From the NCBI GenBank assembly GCA_016748015.1, contig JAAOMT010000566.1, forward strand, positions 248,001 through 312,000: a DNA stretch of 64,000 nt, read 5' to 3'. The notes under the pieces are model-generated. The model searched no databases. It was given only the letters and a program-made list of their open reading frames with translations, and was not told where the DNA came from. The stretch's first letter is position 1, and each line of letters opens with the position of its first letter. This document shows, one piece after another, positions 39,191 to 49,957 of this stretch. This DNA is from Geosiphon pyriformis uo1 (taxonomy: Eukaryota; Fungi; Glomeromycota). Position numbers and translations under genes: made by a program.

Positions 39191-41152
39191 GTGGCTATAA
39201 AACCAGTGGGCATTGCTGCTGGTGGTTCTGGATCCGTTTCAGCTGGGTTGGGGACCCGGTCTGGTGTCAAAAATAAGCGTTCGGTTGGTCTTCAATCTCG
39301 CGGTGTGTCCTATAAGAAGCCGAAGAAACCTGTGATAGTTGACGGTTTGGTAGAGTCATCTGCTGGTGTCTCGAATATTATGGATGAAAGTGGTGACAGA
39401 CTTAATATTGGGCGATCATGGGCTAGCAAGGTCAACAGCAAAGTGGACAGCATAAGTGGCGTTTCGGACTTGGATAACTTGGAAAACGTCATCACTGAGG
39501 AAACTAGCTATGCAGAATCGGATGTTTCAGGTTTGGACGACAACATGAATGATGCCACGCCAAGGAAGATGCATACTTGCACCTATGTTCTGAACAGTAA
39601 GCCGCCACCTCTCTTTTTCAATGTGCTAAGTGATGGTGAAGACACTCTGCCTCTTCCGAGTCCAAAATTTTGTGGGTTCAATTGCCTTCCTCCAGTCGGG
39701 TCATGTGCTCTGGAGAAACAGAGTTTTATTTCGTCGAAATTGTTTGCATTGGATATTAAGCTATCTGCCATTCCTGGCAAAACTATTGGTAATAAGTTGG
39801 TTTGTGTGAAAAAAATTTTTTATCAGGTTGATGGTTTTGGGGGGGCTTTGACTTCCTCAAAATTTCCTGGAATAATAAGGTCATCATTTACATCTGAAAA
39901 AAGTTTGTTTAAGGCGAGGGAAATGGCAATCAGTGAAAAAATATTGGTAAATGATGATCTAAGAAAAGTAAACAGCCATTCAGATTGGAAGGTGATTGTC
40001 AAGGAAATCCCAGTAGATCTTCCCAAATCGGCAATTGAGGCAGTGTTCTCCAAGTTTGGTAAGATTGTTTCAATTAAAGTGCAGCTTATTGGTTTTTGGC
40101 AAAAGGTTCTGGTGAAATATGAATCATCTGAGATGACTGATTTGGTCGCAGCTAGATGGTCTGTGCTCATGGGAAAGGATTCTGTCCGCGTGGCAAAGGC
40201 AAATATTGATAAACAAATGTGGGTATCGAGGAATCAGCATCAGGCTTTGCTCTATACTCTTCTAGTTGGCACCAATGCTCATGATTTCTCCAGTTTGTTG
40301 GAATCATATGGTGTGAAGACTTGTTATATCGGCCGTAACCCTAGTTCATATGTTTGTGATAGATGTGCTGTAATTTGTTTTGGTGATGAGGCATCCAAGT
40401 TGGCTGCTATTGGTACCGTTCCAGTTTTCAGAAATGTGAGTTTGCGTTGGGCTGGTCTTTCTTTGGCCAGTTGTGCTCATTGTAAACAATTCGGTCATGT
40501 TTCGGTCAACTGTTCCTTGGGTGAGTATTCTGGTGTTCAAGGAAGGAGGGTGGTTTCTGAGCAAGATCGGGTTTGTCTAGCTGGGATATATAAGAGGAAG
40601 TTGGCCCCTGTCGCTCGTCCAGTTTCTTTTGGTGGAAAGACGTGGGCCCAAGTGGCAGGCCGTTCTTCCTCTCGTGTTGTCTTTTCGGGTGCTCTTGGTG
40701 TCGGTTTGGTCTCTGGTTCAAAGGCTTTCTCAATGGATTCCTTCTCGTCTGGTGCCGCTGATCTAGGTGGTCGCCTAGCTGTGCTGGAATGCTCCATGGA
40801 AATTCTCGTGGACCAAGTCTCACTCATTTTAAAGAAATTAAGTTTCGTTGACTTGGTGCCATTGGCGCCTTCTCCCTCAGCTCTTCCTTTGGTGTCTCCA
40901 ACTGCTGTTGTTTCAAATATGGACTCAGGTTTGGATTTGGATAGCACGTTGTTGTCGTCTGTCTCTTCTTTTCCCAATGTTGGTGGGTCGGTTGTTGATT
41001 TCAGTCTGAGCAGTTCTAAGGTTTTGACTGCCAAGATTGGCAGTTTGGAGTCGAATATGATGGCTCTTGAGGCTTCAGTTCGCTCGGTCTTGGATAGATT
41101 AGATCATCTGCATTCTGGATCGAGTTCGTTGGCCTTTCCTCCATCTCAATGA
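39191..41152 (+). CDS. LINE ORF1 (RRM-like domain, CCHC knuckle, C-terminal coiled coils); true start codon uncertain
   Basis: VIVKEIPVDLPKSAIEAVFSKFGKIVSIKV (RRM-like), CAHCKQFGHVSVNC, heptad-like LAVLECSMEILVDQV and IGSLESNMMALEASV. Confidence 0.85.
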   Translation: MAIKPVGIAAGGSGSVSAGLGTRSGVKNKRSVGLQSRGVSYKKPKKPVIVDGLVESSAGVSNIMDESGDRLNIGRSWASKVNSKVDSISGVSDLDNLENVITEETSYAESDVSGLDDNMNDATPRKMHTCTYVLNSKPPPLFFNVLSDGEDTLPLPSPKFCGFNCLPPVGSCALEKQSFISSKLFALDIKLSAIPGKTIGNKLVCVKKIFYQVDGFGGALTSSKFPGIIRSSFTSEKSLFKAREMAISEKILVNDDLRKVNSHSDWKVIVKEIPVDLPKSAIEAVFSKFGKIVSIKVQLIGFWQKVLVKYESSEMTDLVAARWSVLMGKDSVRVAKANIDKQMWVSRNQHQALLYTLLVGTNAHDFSSLLESYGVKTCYIGRNPSSYVCDRCAVICFGDEASKLAAIGTVPVFRNVSLRWAGLSLASCAHCKQFGHVSVNCSLGEYSGVQGRRVVSEQDRVCLAGIYKRKLAPVARPVSFGGKTWAQVAGRSSSRVVFSGALGVGLVSGSKAFSMDSFSSGAADLGGRLAVLECSMEILVDQVSLILKKLSFVDLVPLAPSPSALPLVSPTAVVSNMDSGLDLDSTLLSSVSSFPNVGGSVVDFSLSSSKVLTAKIGSLESNMMALEASVRSVLDRLDHLHSGSSSLAFPPSQ

Positions 41153-44100
41153 GTAGTTTGGTTTGGAAATTTGCTACGTGCAATGTTCGGGGTATCAATG
41201 TTCCCGCGAAGCAAGCAGATGTTGTTTGTTGGCATGTAAGCTCGGAAAATATGGTTTCTTTTATCACTGAGACTAAGTTGAGGTCTTTTTCTGGGCCATG
41301 GTTAAAGGATAAATTTGATGGAGTGCGAATATTTTCTTCTGGCTTGGATAAGGGTTTTATGGGTGCTGGGGTTGTGATTGTTATGAACACTTCTTTGGCC
41401 CGTCATGTATCTAAGGTGGAGGAGATTCCTGGTCGGGTTATTTCTGTTCGGCTTCTGTTTAAGGGCAAGCTCTCGGTTACTGTTTTGGGGTTGTATGCTG
41501 GTGCCTTCTTTGGGGCTAGATTTGGTCAGGCTTCTAAAGTTAACACCCTTATTGCAAAAGTGATCAACTCCAGCAATTTTGTTATCTTGGGTGGGGATCT
41601 TAATGAAAATGGATCTGGTAGAAGTGCTAGTTTCAAGTTTTGTTTGAGTTTAGGTTTGGTCAATTCATTTGTTGGTCATTATTTGGCTAATTCTTATATG
41701 TGGAGCAATTCGAGAGGGGTTGAAAAAACAATTGATTACATTTTTGTTGGTAGTAATTTGTCTACTACTGTTGCTGGCCATCAAGTTGTCTCTGTTTCAG
41801 ATTTCTTTGACATCGATCACAAGGCTGTTGTAGTTTCAGTCGGTTTGGGTGGGCTTTTAGATGTACAATTGAACAGTTTGCGCAAGCAGGCGAATAAGGA
41901 TCATTGGAAGTTCAAAATCAAGAATGCTAACTGTATTGGATGGGCTAAGTTTAAGGATCTCTTGTCAGCTAAACTTTTGTCTTTGGGTGAGGTGTTCTCT
42001 GGTGCCGAAATACGTGGTGATGTGGATGCTATGTGAGCAGTTTTGGTGGGAGCTGTGGTGGATTCTGCTGATGTGACATTTTCGAGGCATTGGTTTAGTG
42101 AGTTCAAGTGTTCGAGAAACAAATATTCTTCTAGGTTTTTTGGTCTGGAATTGTTGGTGGCCAAGATTGTCAAGAAATTTTGTTCTGGTGACTTGCTGGG
42201 CGCTGATTGTTTTGTGAGTAAATGGTCGACTCTGGATGACGCAAAGGCTCGTGTTTTCAAAGACTTGGTTGGCTCGGGTGTTAAATCTGATGTTGTTGTT
42301 AGGCATTTGTCATTGGTTCGCAGAGATTACAAGAGGTTGAAGATGTTTAAGTCAAGGTTGGTTGAGGAAGCTTCAGTTAGGAAGGTGATTGAGAAGTGCA
42401 TGGATAATTTCTGTTCGGATAAGGATAGTATGATCAGGAGTGTGTTGGAAAAACCTTTTCGCAAGGTTGTGTTGGATCACTTGATTGTTGATGATGATCT
42501 GGTTTTGTTGCCTGAAGAGGTGAAGTCCAGTGTGGATAGAATAATGGAGGGGTGGACGAGGAAACACTCCGTGCAGTCAGTGCTTCCTGGTCTTTGGGCT
42601 TGTCAGTATGCGCCTTTGGACTATGTTCGGGATGATGCTTTTTTAGGTGTTATGAATGCAATCAGTATGGGCGAGTTACTTTCTGTTGTTGGTGGTCTTC
42701 CTGATGACAAGGCTGTTGGTTTGTCTGGTGTTTCTAATGAGTTATGGAAACATGGTGGTGAGGTGGTTTTGGGGTGCCTGTTGGCGCTGTTTAATAAATG
42801 TTTGTCTGGTGGTGTGGTGCCTGTTTTGTGGAAGAGGGCTTAGGTGTCAATGATTCTTAAGCCTTATGACTGGGATGGAGTTCTTACGAACACTTGGCCC
42901 ATTGCTTTGATTGAGACTGCCAGGAAGATTTTTTCCAAGATTCTGTCTGACCATATTTCAATGGCTTGTAGCAAGTTCAATGTTCTTCAGGGTGACAACT
43001 TTTCAGTGCTGAAGGGTACGTCAACACAATCTCCGGTGTTCGCTGTCGGTTCGGTAATTGAGGATCCTATTGAGAAGAATAAGGAGTTATGGTTGGTCTT
43101 GCAAGATATGCGGAAAGCTTATGATTCAGTTGGGTGGCATCATTTAAGAGCTAGTTTGCAGCGTGTCAAGATGTGTGAGAGGTTCATAAGGTTTTTTGGT
43201 GGTATTCATGAGGATAGAGTTAATAGGGTGATGACTGACTTTGGTTTGTCTGGTGGTTATAAGGTGCATGATGGGCTGGACCAGAGTGAGGTCTTTTCGC
43301 CGCTTCTTTGGAGAATTTTTTACGATCTGCTTTTGTGTGAGATTAAAAGACACGAACAATTGTGTGAGTACTGGATTGATACTAAGTTTGTTTCAAAATC
43401 TGGCAGAATTGAGGGCAGTGGTGGTTTAACATCGTATTTTTCAGCTGGTGTGTTTGTCAATGATACGATCTGAGTTGGAAATTGTCAGGCTTCTACTCAA
43501 TATGCTCTGAACATTGCCAGTGAATTTTTTGTGATCAATGATATTTCTATCAATAGTGAGAAGACAGTAGCTATTCCCATCAATCAGGGCATTAAAGTTG
43601 CTTCACTGAATATTTGTGGTCAGCTAATTTCTATTGCCAAGAAAGGGGAAGCACATCAGTATCTGGGTATTTTTCTGTCGACTGAAGGGCTCTCCAAGCC
43701 GAGTGTTGCCAAGGCTCATGCGGATGTACGTTTCTTCGTCAATGTTGTGCTTAGGAAGACTATTACAGACAAACAATTCTCCTATCTGGTGTCGGCTGTT
43801 TTGCAGCCTATTGTTGGCTATCGTACTCAGTTCAGTTTTGTCTCATCTAATGTTTGTCGCAAGTGGGATGCCTTGGTTAGAAAGGATCTTAGGTTTAAGG
43901 CTTGTCTCCCCCGTGATTTTCCTGATGCTGCTTTGCATCATCCCTCATTGTATAGCCTAAAGCCTTTTGAGCAGGTGCAGTCAGAAGGGAAGGTTGCTGC
44001 TTTGATAACATTCTCTAATGCTTTTGGCATTCTTAGGCATTTGTTTAAACATAGGTTTTTGGACCTACAGGTTCTTGGTTGGGCTCCTTTGAATCCTTTG

Positions 44101-45834
44101 CAGTTTCCAGTCAGGTTGCGTATTAGTCTGGTGAACAATTTTTTGGCTGGGATGGTGAAGATCTTTCTGGGCAATGAGCTTACTTTGGTGAACAACCTCC
44201 CTACTGCATTTCGTAGTCCTGGTCAGTTTCCGTTGTCCTCTGTTCTTGGAAAGTCTCTGTATTTTGATTCGGTCAAATCTCTTAAACATTTTGGTGTCGC
44301 TTTTGGTGATCGGCTTTTTGATAAGAAAGGTGTTTTGTTGGATTGGAAAACTTTTCGTCGTTGGAAGAGGTTGGATCCATGTGGCCCTGTGCCTCACTGG
44401 TTCGTGGTTTCTTCTGAGTTTTTGAAAAGTCAGGGTTACTCATTTTCTGGTTCTGTTGGCTCTGTGGACAAGCTTGATTTGGACATTTTGGGATTTGGGG
44501 AATTTTCTGCGGTTAAAGATGGATTGCATGACATTTGGTCAGGCTTTTTTGAAGTTTTCACAGATGGGTCTTTGAGGAATGCAGGCTCTGTTGAGGTCGC
44601 CTGTGGTGCTGCTGCATACTTTCCAGTCTTGGATAAGAGCATTGGTGTTGCTGTTCGTGGTTTTTTGTCATCTACTATGGCCGAGTTACAGGCTGTCGCT
44701 TTGGCTTTGGAGTGTGTTCTTTCTTCAAGTACTGTGATGTTACGTCTTGACAGCCAGGCTGCCATTGACGCATGTGTGTCTGAGATGTCTTTGGTTGCCC
44801 CTGATTTCCGTAATCAATGCTGGCTGGAAAGACGTCATATTTTCAATTTGGTCAGGGATAAGGGTCTCAGTGTAAGTTGGATTAAGGTGAAAAGACACTC
44901 TGGAATTCCTGGTAATGTGAGAGCTGACTTGGCTGTTGGGGCTGCCTCTGGGTCTTTCTTTTCCCTTTGTGCCAATGTGCGTAAACATTTTTTGGTTGCT
45001 GAGAGTATTGCTGTTTCTGGTAATGCCCGTTATTTTGTCAGGAATATTTTTCGATCGATTTGTTGTGCTTGTTGGGAAGCTGGGCCTGGTTGTGATGTTG
45101 TTCCGGATGCAATGATTGGTTGCATAGACTGGGTTGTCACGGCAAAGGTGTGGCATTCTGATTCTCATATGCTTGCTGGGTTCACTAGCCACGCATCCTC
45201 AACACTTTGCACTTATATTATAAAGGCTGTGCACAGAAGGTTGCCAGTGGCAGTAAGGAAGAGGTTGTATGATAAGTGCTACCCTAGTGTGTTGTGTTTG
45301 TTTTGTGATGAGGTGGAGTTCTCTGACCACGTTTTTATTTGTGTTCATGAGTCTGGCATTCATGGTGAGATTTTGGCGGAGGCTTCTGCCCATTAGTCAG
45401 TTTTGGCTGGTGGTTCCCCTGCTTCTGCTGTGTTGCAGGTTTTGTCTCAATGTTCCATTGATGTTGGGCTGTACACTTTGGTGTGCAAAGGGTTTGTGCT
45501 GGAGAAGTGGTATGAGGAGGCTTACGATGTTTTTGAGGATGAAAAGGTGGCCACTGCTCGGATTGTTGATTATGTTAGGTTCGTTGTTAAATTACATCAT
45601 GCTAAAGTATGGTTGTCTAGAGCCAGCCACCAGGTGGTAATGGAGAAAGCTGGTTTGGTCTGTGATGTTGGTATTGTTTCTGGGCTCCCTTGTGGTGTGT
45701 CTTCGGTTTTGTCTGATGGTATTGTGAGATTGCTTGGTTTGGCCAATTCCTTTGCTGTTAGCTTTGGTCATCAGAAGTCTTATTGTTTCTTTTCTGGTCT
45801 GGGTGGCAGTGTGTGGATAGTTATAGATGTGTAG
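41149..45834 (+). pseudogene. LINE ORF2, about 1560 codons in one frame, interrupted by four in-frame stops
   Basis: APE (TCNVRG, ITETK, GGDLN, IDYIF, DHKAV), RT (QDMRKAYDSV, GLDQSEVFSPLLW, FVNDT for FVDDT), RNase H (FTDGS, AELQA, LDSQAA, HSG..GNVRAD), C-terminal CLFC..DHVFIC; stops at 42034, 42841, 43471 and 45394. Confidence 0.93.
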
Positions 45835-46356
45835 TGTTGCCTTGTCTGGCCTGAATGGCTAGCCACATGTAGAAAGTGTGTGAGTCACGTTTAGTTTGAG
45901 CCTTTTAGTTTGGTTCTATGTACTAGATAGCAATTGGGCTACACTTATTAAATGGGTTAATAAAAAAAAAATAATTTTTAATTAAATAACTTGATACTTA
46001 ATATAATTTTAATATTATAATATGAAAATTATAATTTTAGATAAAAAAAATTCAAATTTATGTTTTTATATTAAAAATTATAATTTTAACAAGTTAATTA
46101 ACTGTTTTATTAATTATTTTTTAAAATTTATTTATTATATAAAAAAACAAATATAACATAATAAAATTATATTTTTAACTTAACATAATTTTTAAATATT
46201 ACAAAAACAATATTTTAAAAATAATAATTTAATTAAATAAATAAAAAATATTATAATTGAAAAATCAATTAAAAAATATTATTATTATTTAAAATAATAC
46301 TAATATAATTGAAAACAACAATAATATAATTAAAAAATATAAATTTAAAAATTCCA

Positions 46357-46388
<32 letters not shown>

Positions 46389-46390
46389 GC

Positions 46391-48598
46391 TTTTTTTTTT
46401 AATTTTATAATTATAACTGGTATTTTTTCTTTGGTATTTTACAAAATATTAACCAAAAAAGTTTTTTTTATTGTAAAAACAATTAAACAGAATGTTTTAG
46501 AAGCTTTTTTTTAATTAATAATAGCAAAAAACTATTTTTGAAGACTATTGTATTATTATTTTTTCTTTAACTAATTTTTTACTGATTAAAGTTTTCTTAA
46601 AGAGATATACTTAAGTTAATTTTAATATAGTTTCTACTTTTTTTAAAGCCCAAAAGTGTTTAACAATAAGCCAATTAACAAATTAGTTTTTTTTATTATA
46701 ATTTTTATATCTAATACTATTAATATTATCTCTTTAAAAAATAATCAAAAAAATTAAAGATTCAAAAAAATAGAAGCAGTTACTTATTTTACTATTATTA
46801 TACTGAACTTTTTTGTAATTTCTAATAAAATCTTAAATAAGATTTCTATTATATCATCTAATTTATTATTTAAATAAACCAAAAATTAATCATTAATTGT
46901 GTTGTCAAAATATAATATCTTTTAGCAAATTATCACTAGTTTTAAAAGCAAAATAATAGTTTTTTATTAAATTATCTGTTTTTGGAAATTGAATTGACCA
47001 GATAAAAATTGAATTAAATTCTTTACTGGTTTTTGGTTCTATTATTAATAGTGTTTAAGAAATTATTACAAATTGTTAAAAACTTTCTAAGTAAATAGTC
47101 TTTATTTTAATACTTAATATTACTTTTAAGATTAAATTAACTTATATTAAAGCTGTTTTTCGATCTGTACATGGTTTTTTAGATGCAAAATTAGTATTAA
47201 AAGACAATATAAAGCTTTTTTGTATAGAATTTGCTTCTTAAAAGTCTTTAAAAACTGCTTTTTTAGTTGAGCTTATAAGCTTTATTTGTTTAGTTATTTT
47301 TAAAATTGCCAAGTTTTTGGTGGTTTTTAAGACTGATTTTTTTTTGTTGCTATTATAATACATAATGTGTCTTTAAGTGTATTTGCTGCTAATATTAAAA
47401 CAATACTTAGTAAATTTAATAAGATTACTTATATTATGTTAAAGTTTATTAATGTTTGGCAATATATTATTGTTTATTTTAAAGAGTTAAATATTACTAT
47501 ATTTGTTTTGAATTATTAATTAATATTAGTGAGTAAAAATAGTATTAGAATTTTTTTTTTGATAAATCAAAATAAGATTATTTTATTTTGTAATAGATTT
47601 AAGACCAAGTTAGTTAATCTTTCTTTTGATTATACTGTCTTTAAAATCAATAATATAATCTCTTAGATTAATAATCAGACATGTTTTATTTTTTGTTCTT
47701 TTAATTTTGGTTATTGTTTCTGATTTGTTTTGGTTATGTTTAAATTTTAGACTGATTTAAATATAACAATAATCAAAACTGGTACATTATAAAAGTGTTA
47801 TATTTGGTAAAAAACTTCTAATTGTTAATGCTGTTTTAAGTATTAAAAATAGATTATTTAATTGTAGACTGTAAAATGTTCTTACCTTTTCCTTTCAAAA
47901 TTCCCAAAATATTTACATTACATTTTGTAAATGCTAAGCCTTATGTTAAAGCTTCTGTTTATTTGAGCTTTTCCAAATTTTTACCTTTAATGATTCTTGT
48001 TTTTCCTTTTGTGATTGTTGGAAATCCTTTGGTTTCTTTGTAATTAACCTTTTTAAAAGCTGATTTGGCCAAATTAACTATATTAATTGGATCTATTATT
48101 GAATCTGTTGATTTTTTGTTATTGTTTTTGAACAATTTATTAAAAAAAACCTCATTTCGAGCAGTGTTCTTAGTCTTAAGATCAATAAGATTCTGGTATA
48201 TATAGAAGTCTTTAACAAGACTGTTGATAAGTTGAAATGCATTAAAAGCTGAATGTGATTATGATAATATTGACATGTTTGGTCTTTACATGAGTTTGTC
48301 TGCTGTTGATGATGATATGTTCTATCACTTTGGAAACATGAATCTGCTGATATTAAAGCTAATGTCTTTAAGACTGCCATTCTGTTTGAAATTGTTCAAA
48401 GGATGTCTTTTTTGGATAAGTTTTCTTCTAAAGTTGCAACGTAGTATAGCCTAAACTGGCTCGAATAGCTGGTTACATGTAGAAATCGCATGAACCACAT
48501 TTAGCAATGGAACACTTAGTTTGTTCCTAATTTCTAAATAGTGGTTGGACCGTACTCGTTAAACATATAATAAAATAATAATAATAATAATAATAATA
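46391..48598 (+). mobile_element. Heavily eroded ORF1-only LINE derivative (HAL1-like) ending in the LINE 3' element and an (AAT)n tail; 5' boundary approximate
   Basis: ~47350-47550 reads IKTILSKFNKITYIMLKFINVWQYIIVYF..*LILVSKNSIRI, colinear with ORF1 IEAVFSKFGKIVSIKVQLIGFWQKVLVKY..WSVLMGKDSVRV; relic CCHC near 47830-47875; 3' element at 48458-48564; no room for ORF2. Confidence 0.75.
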
Positions 48599-49957
48599 CT
48601 TTCTTAATCAAAACAAAATATATTTTCATTTTTATAATTAAATTAATGTAATCTAATTTAGTTGTTTCAAAATCTTCACATTTCTTGCATGACTTCTAAT
48701 TCTATTCTCTCAAGTTTAATATTTATCTCAAGACCAACGTGGTAAGAAATTCAAGAATGCTTTTGCATGTCAAAATGAAAAAAAAGCCAGATATAATAAG
48801 CCTAAATTTAACTATTCGAGAGATCTTCTGATTTGCTTACCTGGTTTACAGACTCTTTTCCTATGAAATTATTATCATCCCAGTTGATGGTGTAATACTC
48901 CTTGTATTATTGGTAACAAGTGAAAGGGAACAATAGTTTTGAGCTAGATTGACTTTCCAAAGGAATGTTAAAAAATCTGATATTTGGCACATGTTTTTTA
49001 ATTGTCAATGATGAACGATAGTAGTAAATACTACCAGAAATTCTCAATAAAAGAATTGTGAACTTAAATGATTGAATACTCGTAAGCCAATTTATAATTG
49101 TAAAGAAAAATGCCAACGCGTGAAATAATGCGTACGTAGACAAGGGAATGAAAAAGTAGAAATTTTTAGGGTGTCGAATACCTAGATCTTTGATTCCTGA
49201 ATCAACATAAAATGAGAAATCAGTTTATTATCGAGTTCAAAAAAAAGCTGCTAGGAATTCAATGAAAAAATGGAGAAACACCTCGCCTTGAAGTTTTTGT
49301 TGCAGATTAGTATCTGCTACAAATAGAATAAATCTTTTAGAAACTTTGCATTTGATCAAAACTTTGTGAAAATCTTGCTAATCACTCAGAGACTTGAATT
49401 GGTGATCACTTTTGGTCACTTGGTTTGCAAAAGGGTTATCATCCTCGTTAAATTAAGTACGCAGCTTAAAGTGACTGAAGAAAAAATTACCTCTGTTTTT
49501 TTCGCAATGGCCTTCGTTCCTAGCATGATTATATTTTTGTTTAAAAGACAAACTTTCTAGACTTTATTGGCACCAGTTGTAAACTAAAAAATTTTCATGC
49601 AGAAACTCGGCGATCATGACGTATAGTGTTAGGATCATGATGACTAATTTACTCCCAAAAAGATTTTCGAAAAATTAAATTAATATACATGCTCTATTGA
49701 AAGCATTTAATAATAAATTCTAGCGGTGAAGTGCAACCTTCTCTACTTTGATGAATTGTCTATCTGTTCATATTAAACGCTAATTTATAAATCATTAACA
49801 GTCCTTCAAAAAAGTGAACAGCCTTTGTATTGCTTCAAGGTGATAGCATTATTAAAATAAAAGTTTTCTTCAATGAAATAGCGGCCGAATAGGTAATACC
49901 TCAAATAAATCGTCTATGCCTTCTAAAATCTGGCAATTCCTCACTTGTAATGAATCC

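Larger units (their letters stand above)
39071..45970 (+). mobile_element. Full-length non-LTR retrotransposon (LINE), about 6.9 kb: ORF1, ORF2 (APE-RT-RNase H-CCHC), 3' element and poly(A)
   Basis: Pyrimidine-rich 5'UTR, two ORFs, A tail at 45962-45971, candidate TSD ATAATTTTTAA(C/T)T at 39058-39070 and 45971-45983. Confidence 0.95.

Noticed and set aside
39125-39380. Non-AUG initiation of LINE ORF1 (no ATG at the conserved N-terminus in either copy)
   Set aside because: ATA AAA CCA at 39197, and its equivalent in the first copy, is easily an ATG eroded by the pervasive G>A changes; a family consensus is needed.
39310-45393. Many antisense ORFs inside the LINE
   Set aside because: Expected shadow ORFs of a long coding strand with biased composition; no motifs.
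41149-45834. Stop-codon readthrough or an alternative genetic code (TGA/TAG as Trp)
   Set aside because: Host genes use TGA and TAG as normal stops, and a catalytic Asp is also mutated, so decay explains the stops.
45848-45955. Self-cleaving ribozyme or tRNA identity for the 3' element
   Set aside because: No hammerhead CUGAUGA core, HDV-like fold or convincing tRNA A/B boxes could be established by eye.
48780-49350. Possible spliced minus-strand gene around ORF 48907-49143
   Set aside because: Some splice-like sites, but no coherent model, start codon or recognisable motif.
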